DNA of 35,450 nucleotides, from contig NC_068999.1 of NCBI RefSeq assembly GCF_001194135.2, positions 15,755,003-15,790,452 of the forward strand, written 5' to 3'. Every line of letters begins with the position of its first letter. The stretch's first letter is position 1. This stretch comes from Octopus bimaculoides (lineage: Eukaryota). Position numbers and translations under genes: made by a program. Under the pieces are notes generated by a model. It was not told where the DNA came from and made no database searches. It worked only from the letters and a program-made list of their open reading frames with translations. Shown in pieces: positions 11,495-24,054 of this stretch.

Positions 11495-11834
11495 GCTCTT
11501 ACATTCTGTCAAACATCCACCTACACTTATATACTTCAGTAAATGCAAATAAGATAATTTATTGATTGAATATGTTCAATTATTTATATTGCCTGTGTAT
11601 CGTTTCAGTTACCTTTTTGTATGCGGTTTCTATTGTAATCTCATTATCAAATATGTTGAAGATGTAAATACAAATGTTTTATGAAAATAGCTGATTATAT
11701 TATTTCCTGCACTTCATAATATTCATTTGTAACATGGCGTAACACACGGATTTTTGGAAGTAAAATGTGTTGTCCTTCTAGCATGATTTCAACAATTTGT
11801 TTCTTACATTTGCACAAGTGCATTCATATTTCAG

Positions 11835-11914
11835 GAGGATACAGTGGAGTAAATCGATCTTCATATATTACTGCTTCAACTGTTCCTGAAACTAGATATG
11901 AAACCATAATATAA
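11835..11914 (+). CDS. Candidate terminal coding exon (GGYSGVNRSSYITASTVPETRYETII*); gene unknown
   Basis: Acceptor cattcatatttcag, open phase-1 frame to TAA at 11912-11914. No recognised homology. Confidence 0.15.
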
Positions 11915-12063
11915 TTAATCGTAAGGAAATATCGTATTACTTCTTATGTCCGTTCAAGTGATTCTGTCAAGCTCTCACGTTTCTCTTTTGATACTAAGAA
12001 CATTTTACATAAGGTGAGCATGAAGCCATGTGTGTGTTCCCGTTTTCCACAGGGTATAAATAA

Positions 12064-12100
<37 letters not shown>

Positions 12101-14469
12101 NNNNNNNNNNNNNNNNNNNNNNNNNNNNNNNNNNNNNNNNNNNNNNNNNNNNNNNNNNNNNNNNNNNNNNNNNNNNNNNNNNNNNNNNNNNNNNNNNNNN
12201 NNNNNNNNNNNNNNNNNNNNNNNNNNNNNNNNNNNNNNNNNNNNNNNNNNNNNNNNNNNNNNNNNNNNNNNNNNNNNNNNNNNNNNNNNNNNNNNNNNNN
12301 NNNNNNNNNNNNNNNNNNNNNNNNNNNNNNNNNNNNNNNNNNNNNNNNNNNNNNNNNNNNNNNNNNNNNNNNNNNNNNNNNNNNNNNNNNNNNNNNNNNN
12401 NNNNNNNNNNNNNNNNNNNNNNNNNNNNNNNNNNNNNNNNNNNNNNNNNNNNNNNNNNNNNNNNNNNNNNNNNNNNNNNNNNNNNNNNNNNNNNNNNNNN
12501 NNNNNNNNNNNNNNNNNNNNNNNNNNNNNNNNNNNNNNNNNNNNNNNNNNNNNNNNNNNNNNNNNNNNNNNNNNNNNNNNNNNNNNNNNNNNNNNNNNNN
12601 NNNNNNNNNNNNNNNNNNNNNNNNNNNNNNNNNNNNNNNNNNNNNNNNNNNNNNNNNNNNNNNNNNNNNNNNNNNNNNNNNNNNNNNNNNNNNNNNNNNN
12701 NNNNNNNNNNNNNNNNNNNNNNNNNNNNNNNNNNNNNNNNNNNNNNNNNNNNNNNNNNNNNNNNNNNNNNNNNNNNNNNNNNNNNNNNNNNNNNNNNNNN
12801 NNNNNNNNNNNNNNNNNNNNNNNNNNNNNNNNNNNNNNNNNNNNNNNNNNNNNNNNNNNNNNNNNNNNNNNNNNNNNNNNNNNNNNNNNNNNNNNNNNNN
12901 NNNNNNNNNNNNNNNNNNNNNTATATATATATATATATATTTCAACAAACATTATAAGAAGAAGGCTAGCAGGTAGAGTCGTTGCCACGCCAGACATAGT
13001 GATTGGTGGCATTGTCTTAAATACACAGTCAAAAATAGAAGGCAGAGAGACATTCATGAAAATATCGAAATTACTTATCAAAGCGATAGATATATTCAAC
13101 TTTTATAAGACAAAGTATTCATGTGTGACAAATGTTTCTTCAAGAGTCTATTAGTAGTGTCGATGCTTTGTGATAGTGACGCTCCTGTAGATTAGAAATC
13201 ATTGAAGCTGTAATAATTCCACCGACACAAATTTCATGTTAGATTCATAGATTATGTATATCCACCATATAGAAAATGCTACATATGCTAGAACGGATAA
13301 AAGAGAAGTCCAGACAAAGGTTTATTATATTTTATTGTAAGATGAGTGTGATATTTATTAATATTGTTTTGGCCCCTAATCGGAATTATTCTTCCTCTTC
13401 AGTTGCACGATGTTGAGTGCTGATCAAACTGAAAACATTGGGCAGCGAAAATATTACAAATTATTAATGACGGTGCGTAATGATTTGCGCAATGTCTGTA
13501 TTGTAGATGGGAGCGCTGTGCTTGTTAAGAGGAGGTGAGAGGTATGAGTTTGGGAGTTAGTGTCTGAACCCAGGAACTGGCAGAAAAAGCAAAGACATTT
13601 TTCTCTGTTTCAGAAATTATGCGTAACAGCGTCGTTAGAGATTAGGGAGTAGTAATCATGTGTGGAGCTTACTTAAGCACTGGAGATGTTTAGTAGTTGT
13701 TAGGCAGAGTTTGATGAACTTACTTGATCGTAAAGCTGATAATGGTTATAGTAACAGGAGGGTTTCTGGATATAGCAAACATTCTACTTCATAGATACGT
13801 ATGAGGGAGCAAGATTTCATGCTTTTTATGAAGATAAGCAGATGACGTAGATATGCTCGTTATGCAGAGATTTGTAGTGAATTAATTGTTTTTTAACGTT
13901 TCCATTTCAGATACATTTTTTCTCGATAAAAAAAAAAAAAAAATTGATAAACGATTGACAAATTACAAATTGTTTATCATAAATCGCTTTAGACTCAATC
14001 ATTAGGCAAGGAAAAATAGACAACTGTAACTGAATCATTGCATAATGGAAACAAACAAAATATATTCAAATATAGAAAAAAACAAACAATGCATGTTGAA
14101 ATGTATGCACACGTGCATACACACACATACACGCACACACACATGCATACACACACACATATTAACAGCCTGAACATGCAATTTGAAATAATACGCTAAT
14201 TCTCAAGAGATTTTTTCCAATCCAATAAAATAATATCGATTTTAATCAACGATATACCACGGCGTATATTCCAAAGTTTCCCGCAAGTATATATAGCACT
14301 ACAATATTTATCTAATGATATAACGCATAGTTAAATAGATTTATCTTCGTTGAATGGTTATGCATAAATGATAATTATTTTGCTATCGTCACGCACTGAC
14401 AGAAATGGTATGAAATTAATACTTGTTTGGAATACATTTAGAGGATATTTCTTTTTCCCTATATGAACA

Positions 14470-14538
14470 GCCATAGCACGAGTATATTTCAAGCAAATTC
14501 AACGGACGGCCATGGCACGAGTATATTTCAAGTAAATT
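14470..14538 (+). repeat. Two-copy direct repeat, 39-bp period
   Basis: gccatagcacgagtatatttcaagcaaatt (14470-14499) and gccatggcacgagtatatttcaagtaaatt (14509-14538), 28/30 identical. Confidence 0.92.
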
Positions 14539-14624
14539 GCAGACAAGAAGTATTATTAAATTTCTCCTTTCCTGTCTGGAGTTAATTAGCTTATATAGTG
14601 CATAATATAGGATGAAGCTTTGTC

Positions 14625-14940
14625 ATGTAAGTATCATGTTTGCTTGGTAAACATGGTTAGGTGATATGTGTGACACGTTTGAAATGTGTTCTACCGTGTT
14701 TTCGGAGTGTGAGTGGCCAACTACGTCATACATATAAAAAATATGCACATGCATGTCTTTGTGTATGTGAGTCATATCATTTCAAAAGCTATCTTAACGA
14801 TTAGCTACAAAGTATCGCTAAAATGAATATCAGCGTGAAAAATGATGGAGGTATGTTGTGATCGACTTAAAGCCATTGGAAGCTGGTCCCTACAATAGCT
14901 GCCGTCTTATGAAACAAAGTGTTAAAAGAACAAGAACTTT
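14625..14940 (+). mobile_element. Old, highly diverged SINE family B-like copy
   Basis: Head taagtatcatgtttgcttggtaaacatggtt resembles 28479-28507; tail cgacttaaagccattggaagctggtcc...gtcttatgaaacaaagtgttaaaagaacaagaa resembles the B tail; TG/TA-rich middle. Weak by-eye alignment. Confidence 0.4.
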
Positions 14941-16296
14941 GCCTTTCTGTCACGCTATATATATGTATATATATAAATATATATATAATGTAAATATGTA
15001 AGTATATTATACAATCTTTAATTCATTATATGATAAATCCAATTAATCATGGACTCTAATTTTTGATAGGTTTATTTACTTATAATCTAATGTTAGCTAA
15101 ACATGTCAGTCACAAGTTTTCACACGTATCTAAGCTACGTAGGATATCAGATTAGTTTGCTCTTCAATCGCTTTTCGATTTTCTGATTAATGAAGGCTAG
15201 AATTAGGTACTTGAAATACGTAGATTGATATTTGAAGAAGTGAACAAGGCATACATTTCTGAAAAGTACTCAATTTTACTTTCAAACGTCAAAGTCGAAT
15301 CCAACTATATTTACTGACATTAATCTTTCATCTTCCATTAAATAAAATTTAGGTATAAGCCGACACTAAATTCGTGATTTTCAAGAGGGGTAAAAAAACC
15401 CTTAGAGATGAGAGAAATATTGACACCTTGAAATCGCTCATTTTTCTGTATTTTCAAGTTTTCACGTTTTCATTAGCGTATTTAAAATTTCTTTATGAAA
15501 AAATTACCGAGGCTTTAAGAACATGTTCTTAGAATACATACATGTTGGATGATTCATTCAGAATACTACAGTTACCTTCACAAAGCCAACATATTTGCAT
15601 ATTCCTAGTCGCTCGGTGTGACAACAATATTAACCAAATGCGATGCTTAAGACAAAATAAAATTTCAATAGTTTAATCCCTTAATAAAATAGCTGACAAT
15701 TGATAATGCTTTTCCAACTGTATTCTTGAAAATGAATGGTCACAGAAGAAATTAAATTTGATCAGTTACGAGAAAAAAAACCCTCCAGAAAAATCATTTG
15801 GAGACCATAAGAAAATTTTAATTCAATTACATAATGACCGAAAAGTATTTTGTCACCTCCAAAGTTATGTGATAATTATGTTTTCCTGTTACGCTGTTGT
15901 TGTTTAGACTCAGCTTAGCAGGGATTGAAACCTCATAAAATTATATGTATTCAAGCAGTAACCATTTTTTATTCTTTTCTTCATATCTGATATGTTTTAG
16001 AACTACATTATCTAATGTGTAATCGTTTGCTAAGTCATTTAGGCTATGATATGTTCGAAGGTTGTTATGTTTAGAAATTAAACTTTGACATGATTCGTGA
16101 TGTTACTTCACAATGTTTTCTTCCCTTCTAAATTTACAAAGAAAGTGCATTTATTGTAAAGTATACTGAGGCAAAGAAATATGCAGATAACCACTTAACA
16201 ACATAACAGAGGCGAGAGATATTGATTTTTATCCTTTTTATAAGGTCACAGAACGTTTTTGGCAGTTGCTTATCGATATATGTTTGTGCTTTTTTT

Positions 16297-16328
<32 letters not shown>

Positions 16329-17677
16329 NNNNNNNNNNNNNNNNNNNNNNNNNNNNNNNNNNNNNNNNNNNNNNNNNNNNNNNNNNNNNNNNNNNNNNNN
16401 NNNNNNNNNNNNNNNNNNNNNNNNNNNNNNNNNNNNNNNNNNNNNNNNNNNNNNNNNNNNNNNNNNNNNNNNNNNNNNNNNNNNNNNNNNNNNNNNNNNN
16501 NNNNNNNNNNNNNNNNNNNNNNNNNNNNNNNNNNNNNNNNNNNNNNNNNNNNNNNNNNNNNNNNNNNNNNNNNNNNNNATATATATATGTATGTATGTAT
16601 GTATGTATTTACGTATGCATGTATACACGTGAATGTTGAGTACTTTTACTCTTGATCGAATATTCCAACGTACATGGAAGCGAGTGTACAAAAGTAGTAT
16701 ATATAATACGATTATATTGCGAAGCCTTGTTTTCTCCAACAGGGGATATTATGTCACGATACAGGACAAGTTCCGTCTCTAAGTATGAAACTATACTCAA
16801 AGAATTACAAATATGATTATAGCAGGATACTTTGCAATCAAAGAATCAACCAAAACAATGTATTCCATCATAGATTATTTGGAATGGATTGCTTGACCGA
16901 CGAATCTCAGTTGGACAAAGCTATCGACTGTCCACGAAATTTTAGGTTTTATGTAATCTGAGTGATGTTTTTTTCTAAATAGTATATATATATATGTATT
17001 TATGTATGTATGTGTGTATTTATGTATGCATGTATAATGATATGTGTGCGTGACTATGTGCATGTATGTGCATAAAGCATGTCACTTTCAATGTTTACTC
17101 TAATATATGCTGGTATATGTTATATTCTGGGCTGTATCCGATGTGTACATAAACTGCTCAAAATATGTAGTGGAATGAACATATTTAATAGTATGTTTAT
17201 ATATTGTATATTATATCAGATACCTTCATTCAGACCTAAGCTGTTTCTCCCGATCTTGGCTCTAAACATAATTCCCTGGTATTCATCAAAAGGAATTAGC
17301 GTTTCCATGTGACAGGCAGAACAGAATCGATGCAATGTAAATAACTAAGCGGAAGAAGATGGAGAAGATGACGGGAATAAAAAAAATATGTATATATGTA
17401 TATATATATAGTATACACACAATGAAACTATACTAAAACAAATATGTATATAGAAAGGAAAAATTAAGAAACGATACAAAAACATAAAAACAAAGAAATG
17501 TATTGAGAAATGCACAATAGAACATGAGAAAAAATCCCAGAAAATGGTAAAATGAAACAAAGGAAGAGAGAGAAAATAAATGGAGAAGAAAGAGTGGGGG
17601 GACTAGGAAGGAGATGCAAATATATAAGAAAGGAAGAACGATGGGGAGGATGTGCGCAGAAGTAGAGAACAGATACA

Positions 17678-17756
<79 letters not shown>

Positions 17757-17770
17757 GTAATGATAATAAT
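17678..17770. repeat. (AAT)n microsatellite, 26 pure units then degenerate
   Basis: Seen directly; gives the poly-Y ORF 17433-17930. Confidence 0.97.
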
Positions 17771-18483
17771 AAAGGAATCGAAGCTGAAGTAGTATAGATC
17801 GCATTTGAATCTTTTTGTTCGATGTTATTAACAATGGAATGGTAGGTGCCGCTTGATGTCTGAAATATCTCGGTTGAACGGAAAAGAGTGACTGCAAAGT
17901 AGAGTGCATGTAGTAGATATATCTAAACAACTAAACATGTGTAGATAGCCTGTGAAACTGAGATATACGTATGTTTTCTCCTTTTTCCTCTTCGTAGTTA
18001 CGCATATCATATACGAACAGCGTATATGATACATAACTTAAATACTAACACAATACATATATACTTACATATATTCATATGTATGTATATATATATATAT
18101 ATATATATATAAATATATATATATATAGTGTATGCAAAATATATTTATTTATTTTCTCGGATAACGAAATACATCTTAAAATAATCTGTGTGTTTCTATC
18201 TGAAACAAAGAAAACGATGGTCGGATCAGTTCGATTCAAAACAAATTAATGTGGAAATTCTCAAACAGACGAATAAATGCTCACATACACATGCATGTAC
18301 ATGTGTGCACACAAACTCATCCACTCGCCTTCGTATGTTTATACATACGTAATACATAAATATATAAATTCAAGTATTGCTCCATCATATTGCGAATGCA
18401 CAGGACCTGTAAAGCTGTTACACTCCCAAGCAAAGCAGAAACAACAATACCACAGAATAACCACGTCCGTTTCTACATTTTGT

Positions 18484-18521
<38 letters not shown>

Positions 18522-18623
18522 ACATGTACGCATATTTGTATGCGTATATGTGTGTGTTCTCTGTATATACAAAATGATGGAACAATATCCAAGTATTCCC
18601 AATATATCGACAATAATAACGTG

Positions 18624-18663
<40 letters not shown>

Positions 18664-18733
18664 GCTTATATTCCACCCCAAATACGAGAAAGCCGAAGAA
18701 TACATTGTTATATTGATGCATTACAGCAAAGTT

Positions 18734-18905
18734 GGTGAGATGGTAGAATCATTAGCACGCTGAGCAAAATACTTAAAAACATATGCTACGTTGTGAGTTC
18801 AAATTCCGCTGAAGTTAATTTTGCCTTTCATCCATTTTTTGAGGTCCATGAAATAAGTACCGGTTGAAAACTGGTGGTCGACATAATCGACTTGACCCTC
18901 TTCCA
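18734..18905 (+). mobile_element. SINE family A copy
   Basis: ggtgagatggtagaatcattagcacgc...gagttcaaattccgctgaagttaattttgcctttcatcc...aaataagtaccggttgaaaactggtggtcgacataatcgactt is collinear with 5109-5285. Confidence 0.8.
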
Positions 18906-18929
18906 ATCATTATTACATATTTCTGTAAG

Positions 18930-19066
18930 GCGATGGGCAAAATATTCATCGGCATTTCGTTCCTCGTTGCCTTCGTCGTTTAAATTCGTTCATCCCTTTG
19001 AGGTCGATAAAATGAGAAACAGTCAAGTACTGGCGTCGCTGCAATCCACTAGTCCCTTTCCCTCAA
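18930..19066 (+). mobile_element. SINE family A copy, 5'-truncated and internally deleted
   Basis: gggcaaaatattcatcggcatttcgt...ttcatccctttgaggtcgataaaatgagaaacagtcaagtactggcgtcgctgcaatccactagtccc aligns to 5140-5285 but lacks the gtcgactttgcc segment. Confidence 0.65.
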
Positions 19067-22021
19067 GTCGAAAGGATCATCATATATTACTGCACATCCA
19101 CTTTGAAAGATGCATAGAGGAAAAGAGAATTGTGTTGCCATTTTTGTTCACTTCGTCGATCGATGTTCTCTCATGTTTCTGCCTGGAAATGTGTACCGGC
19201 ATGAAATTATGTAGGCAAACACCTAACTTTGGTCTATAGACCCGATTCTTCCATTTACCTTTTCTAGTACCACCACTACAGTAGCCTGTATTTCTGAAAT
19301 CCTGCTGGTCTCCAGCCATCTCCATTCAGATTTTCCTTAGTCACAAAACTCGTCACATAGGCATTGCAAATATCCATCCGCCTAATCCTCCTGCTTCAGG
19401 ATTACGATCCCATGGATATCCCTTCCTCCCACAATTTTGCTTGCAGCACTCGATTTACAATATATCTATTCAAATCTAACGGCACTGAATGAATTAAATA
19501 CATATATTGTATATTCTAGGGTACACTACGACATTGTGCATAAAGTAGCTACAAAATTTTCAGTTAGAAAAACGTTTCGGGCTTAATTCGTTAGAAAGGA
19601 CGATATATCTCGAAAAAATATCGTAGTAATTTTGAAAGCTATTGTTGCTTTTTTTGAAGACGACCGAGAAACTAGCAGGGAGGGATTTATCATCAAATAC
19701 CACAACTTACAATGCTTCAAGAATGAGGAATCTTATTTTCGGTCCACTACTATTATTCCAAATTAATTTTTCCTGCTATTTATTTACTTATTCCTTTGTT
19801 CTTGTACGCAATCTTTAAACGACCTGTTGAGGCTTAAATTCAGCTATGTTGTTGGTTCAAGTCCCTATTTGAAATGAGGCATTATATGAAAAGAAAATAT
19901 AACACAACTTCAAAACAGCGAGCAAGACATTTGATACAGAGAAGAAAGAGAAAAGAGAAAGAGCTAAACGAGGAGAGAGGAAAAGCAAAAGCTGCTACGT
20001 ATTACGATTTATGCTCAAGTGTGGATGTCTTCGCAATTACACTCATTTAACAAATACTTTGCTGTAAAATGTACAAGTAAATTATGGAAAAAAGAAGCCG
20101 ATCGCGTTTCACTACTTGCTTAGAAAAAATCAGGTTTCTAAATTTAGAAGGTATAATTTAATGAGTGAGTCAGGTAAAACTATTCTATATACACAAACAA
20201 TGTTTTTCGATAACCTTTTAAATGCTTCGTAGCTTTTAGAAACTTATATATATATAATATTACATATATGTGAAACATTGGTGATACTCTGTTATAATTT
20301 CACTTACAGAGCAGCATCATATATTTTCGTTTCCACAAAATACAATAGTACGACATTTATCTAAGAAACACAGTTTTGTAGATATTCATGGCTTTGAAAA
20401 TACTGATATTAGTCGGTAGACCACTCCTAATACGTATCTGGGATGTTTCTATGGAGATGTATATGATATATTTCAGTCTCACGGAATATATTTTATTGTA
20501 AAGATATACTGGATGAATGGTTGAATAGATAAATTTAGTTATAAACTGCTATAGAGGGAAATAAAACTCGCAATATTTACTTGAATCTATAATGTCATAG
20601 CAACTAGACTTAACGAGTCGATATTCACATTATGCAAATAGTATTTCTTTTTTAGTTCAGTATATGTAATTGCTCCCTTATGTCTGCATATTTATTCAGT
20701 TTCTCTAAGTATTATTCTACATACATATATAAGCAAGTATAGTCGCGTATGTATGTGTTCAAGACTACGTGATGCAGAATTAAATGTATTGATGATGAAG
20801 TATAAAACAATTTTCAAAAGCTTATTGTGTAGTCATGTATTTACGATACAAACATATATTTTAAAGACGAAGTTGTTAAGACTGTGTCATAAGAACTTGT
20901 GTGCAAATTTTAAAAGATAGATTATAAAATGTATTTAAAAGTTCCAACTTCCAGTAAATTTTCTCTATGAACAAATTAAGTTGATAAGCTATATATTTCA
21001 ATGATTTCTTTTAATTTAATCATGGTATTGAAATTTGATAACGTCAGCGAACGAAGCATTTATCTCAGAAAGCGAGCTATTAATTAGAACATAAAGAGAA
21101 AAATAAAATATTTTAAAAATTAGTCTTTAACAGACATATTCTCTGAAGTAAATTTTATTTCACATGGGCGTATCAAAGGTTAGATTTACATTTGTATCAA
21201 TGCTATGCGCATTATATGTGCGTATGTGGGAGAGAGATGGGGAAGGCGAAAGCAAGAGAGAAAAAGCATGTGTGTGTAAGTCTCATTTGTATCCTAATTC
21301 GCTTACACTGTTATTGACGTTCAAGTAGTTTAGTCTAACGTAGATATGGACAATTGGGAATGGGTCTCAAACCAACCAAACTGCATAAACAGATCGGGCT
21401 GAATGACATTGAGTGCTATAGCACTCAATGGTCTCCAGCCTGCCTGCTCAAATAAAAAAAGTTTCGATCACTGGTTGAGAATAGCAGATGAGTATTAATT
21501 ATAATAACAATTGTTAATGTTGACACATGGGGACATATACTGGCATGGAGTGATGGTGGCTTTGACAAGGAAGCTGATATGAGTCATTTAACTAGCACTA
21601 AAAGTTAGTGATTTACTTTAGCCGTCATTGCCTTTGGTTAGCCTCATGTTAATTCGTTTTAAGAGTATCTATGATATAAAGTATACTATCCTTGACTATC
21701 TCTTTTCTTTAGCTTACTAGGAATACAATGTAAATGTAACGTTGTTATTATTTTACTAAGTCGAATATTTCTCAATCATTTTCGTTCCACGCTTCACTTT
21801 TTTCTATCTCACTAAAAAGCAAGTTTACTGAAACATGCACGGAACAATATATATATATAAATGTGTGTGTGTGTGTGTGTGTGTGTTTGTGTGAGTGTGT
21901 AATATATATATAGGTATGCACCTGTGTGTACGTGCGTGTATGTGTGTGTGTGTTCGTGTGTTTGCGTGCGTGTTTATATATGTGTATGGCGTCAAAAAAT
22001 GTTTCAATTAAAGTTTTATTG

Positions 22022-22231
22022 TAGGACAGGGTGCCGAAAATGCCTGGCTTTAAAGCTATCGTGAAAGGTCTCGTTGGAGGCCTAAACTTCCAAGTTCCTT
22101 TATAGGTCTTAGAAAAACTGGGGGACCGCTGAAATAAGTGTGTGAATCTGAGTGAGGAACATGTTGAACAATTGATACTCGTCAATATTCTTTTACGCAA
22201 AGCCAGGAAGTTTTCAACCCACCCACTTGTA
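22022..22231 (+). mobile_element. Mariner-derived MITE / non-autonomous element, about 210 bp
   Basis: Imperfect TIRs: left gggtgccgaaaatgcctggcttt (22029-22051); right aaagccaggaagttttcaacccacccacttgta (22199-22231), whose reverse complement contains gggttgaaaacttcctggcttt. Interior encodes LEKLGDR*NKCVNLSEEHVEQ, the typical mariner transposase C-terminus (KL..RW.KCV...GxYVE). Confidence 0.72.
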
Positions 22232-22719
22232 AATTATATTCATTTGTTAGTTACGAAGTAACTCACGCCCTTCGTACTTATTGCCCAACCAGTGGGAGGT
22301 GCGATCCGCCAGCAGTAAAACTACTGTAGACACAATTTAGTTTTACTTATTATTTACAATTTATGCATATAGTGTTCTGTTTAAATATTACAGGAATGTT
22401 ATTGAACGCCGATATTTTTCTTACTTTATTGAGTAGCATTGATCGACTTCCAATAAAATTTTGTGCAGCACTCAACACTTGTCAATAAAACCAATGTGTA
22501 ATGCATGTACGTTACATAATCTAGAATATTGTCGTACTTCACTGTGTGTTAAAATAACACTATATGAAATCAATATTTATTTTATTCTAAATGAATTGGT
22601 TAGTGATTCCTTGTCTGCAAAATTATCAACTTTGTATTATTTAGTTATACATATAACTTCACAATTCATACCACTAGGGTCAATGAAATACTGAGGTACC
22701 AGTCGTATATTGAGATACA

Positions 22720-23000
22720 CAGACAGCAGTGGACATTTTTGTTTTACGAAATTGTCATGACTTGGGTATGACTCAGCGGCAGTGGAGAGGCTGCGCAGCA
22801 AATTCATGCGGAAGTGGCACGACAGTCCCCCAAAATTCAGCTCATTCAATCTGTACTGCCAGATATTAGGTATAAAGAAGACTAATCCTGCAACCACTGC
22901 ACAACAACTCTTTGCACCCTGAACCGCATTTTGACCGGATGCCCTAGGACACTAATAGAAGGCCGATACAAAGGAATAATTGACAATATCCTCACAGAAT
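22720..23000 (+). mobile_element. Internally deleted RLE-type LINE fragment, HERO/NeSL-like
   Basis: Segments WTFLFYEIVMT and SAAVERLRSKFMRKWHDSPPKFSSFNLY match the post-RT region of HERO-like ORFs (LWPLLIYE...VE.LER...YLRKWLG.P..FSS..LY). In a shifted frame 22889-22942 gives CNHCTTTLCTLNRILTGC, a C-X2-C-X8-H-X4-C knuckle with H replaced by R, followed by PRTLIEGRY. Confidence 0.68.
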
Positions 23001-23529
23001 TCTTCCTAAAATGAGCAACATTATAGTTGATTCACTGCTTCACTAATTCTCCTGTAGCACAACAATACATGTACAAAAATATAAATATTTTCTGACAAAG
23101 GTGCTGGAGTTTTACAAATGTAGTTTTATTGCATCTAAGGAATAAAAGGCAAAAGGTGACACAGTTTAGCATTCAGTCTGTGGTTCTATAGCTTCTGGTA
23201 ACGTTTTCAATGGTACGAGTAACAAGTGATTGTATTGAAGGTGAACATACCATAGAACTTTAATATAATTCTAAAATATCGCTCTACCGAATCTGTCTGT
23301 AATGCATTAATTTTTCTTTCATCGAGTCACACAATCTAATGAGATACACACGAGTTTCTACTCCGGTTAGTATTGACAGCCCAAACCCTTTTCAAATTAC
23401 ACGGTATCGTCTATAAACAGGGACGTCTGTTTGGATGATATAACGTTAGGTATACAAGCATAAGAGATGTTCATGGCTTTAACACCTTTGATCATGTCTG
23501 CAGATTAAGGGTTAGCACAAACATCAGCT

Positions 23530-23640
23530 AATGATAATGATTTATTGCTTTGGCAGAACACTATAAATTTCGAGGTTTAATTAATTTTCATTGATTTATT
23601 TTATTGACGCGGACGACTGAACGGCAACCTTTAAAGATTT
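23530..23640 (-). mobile_element. Very degenerate SINE family A-like remnant
   Basis: gatttattttattgacgcggacgactgaacggcaa loosely matches the reverse complement of the A body (ttaatttatctacccccaaaaggatgacaggcaaag). Confidence 0.3.
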
Positions 23641-24054
23641 GGGATGGAACATCATTTATGTGAAGGGAGGTAATTTATTACCGCAAAGTATTATGTCATG
23701 TGCAGTTTCTCTTCCGTCATTAAGCCGTGTTGTATTTATATTCAGGAGTTAATCAAAATATTTTAGTAGCATGTCTAATAAATATTTAGAAATAGTTCTT
23801 GTGTTGGTGATACAAACAAACAAAAAATATTACAGAGCAGTATTTTTGAGAGACAAATGTATATTCTTTAAATACCCACTTACACACACAGACTGACACA
23901 CACACACACACAAATGTGCCCTAGTATACCCACTTCTTCCCAATTTCTCTTCGTCATTATCATTAAATTGTTGTTTCCGGAGACAACTCTACACCGGATC
24001 GAATAGGAAGTATTCAGTCACCAAAGCTATTTTGCAGATTACCTGATTTATTAC

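Noticed and set aside
12942-13155. About 70-codon start-less + frame overlapping a minus-strand ORF next to a gap
   Set aside because: No recognisable motif, no convincing splice pair, and truncated by the 821-nt gap.
17433-17930. 165-aa poly-Tyr ORF and the purine-rich tract beside it
   Set aside because: Explained by (AAT)n plus a GA-rich low-complexity stretch.
19080-19325. 81-aa minus ORF with GTRKGKWKNRV, faintly like an RTE C-terminus
   Set aside because: Lacks the LRWxGHV motif; similarity too weak to call.
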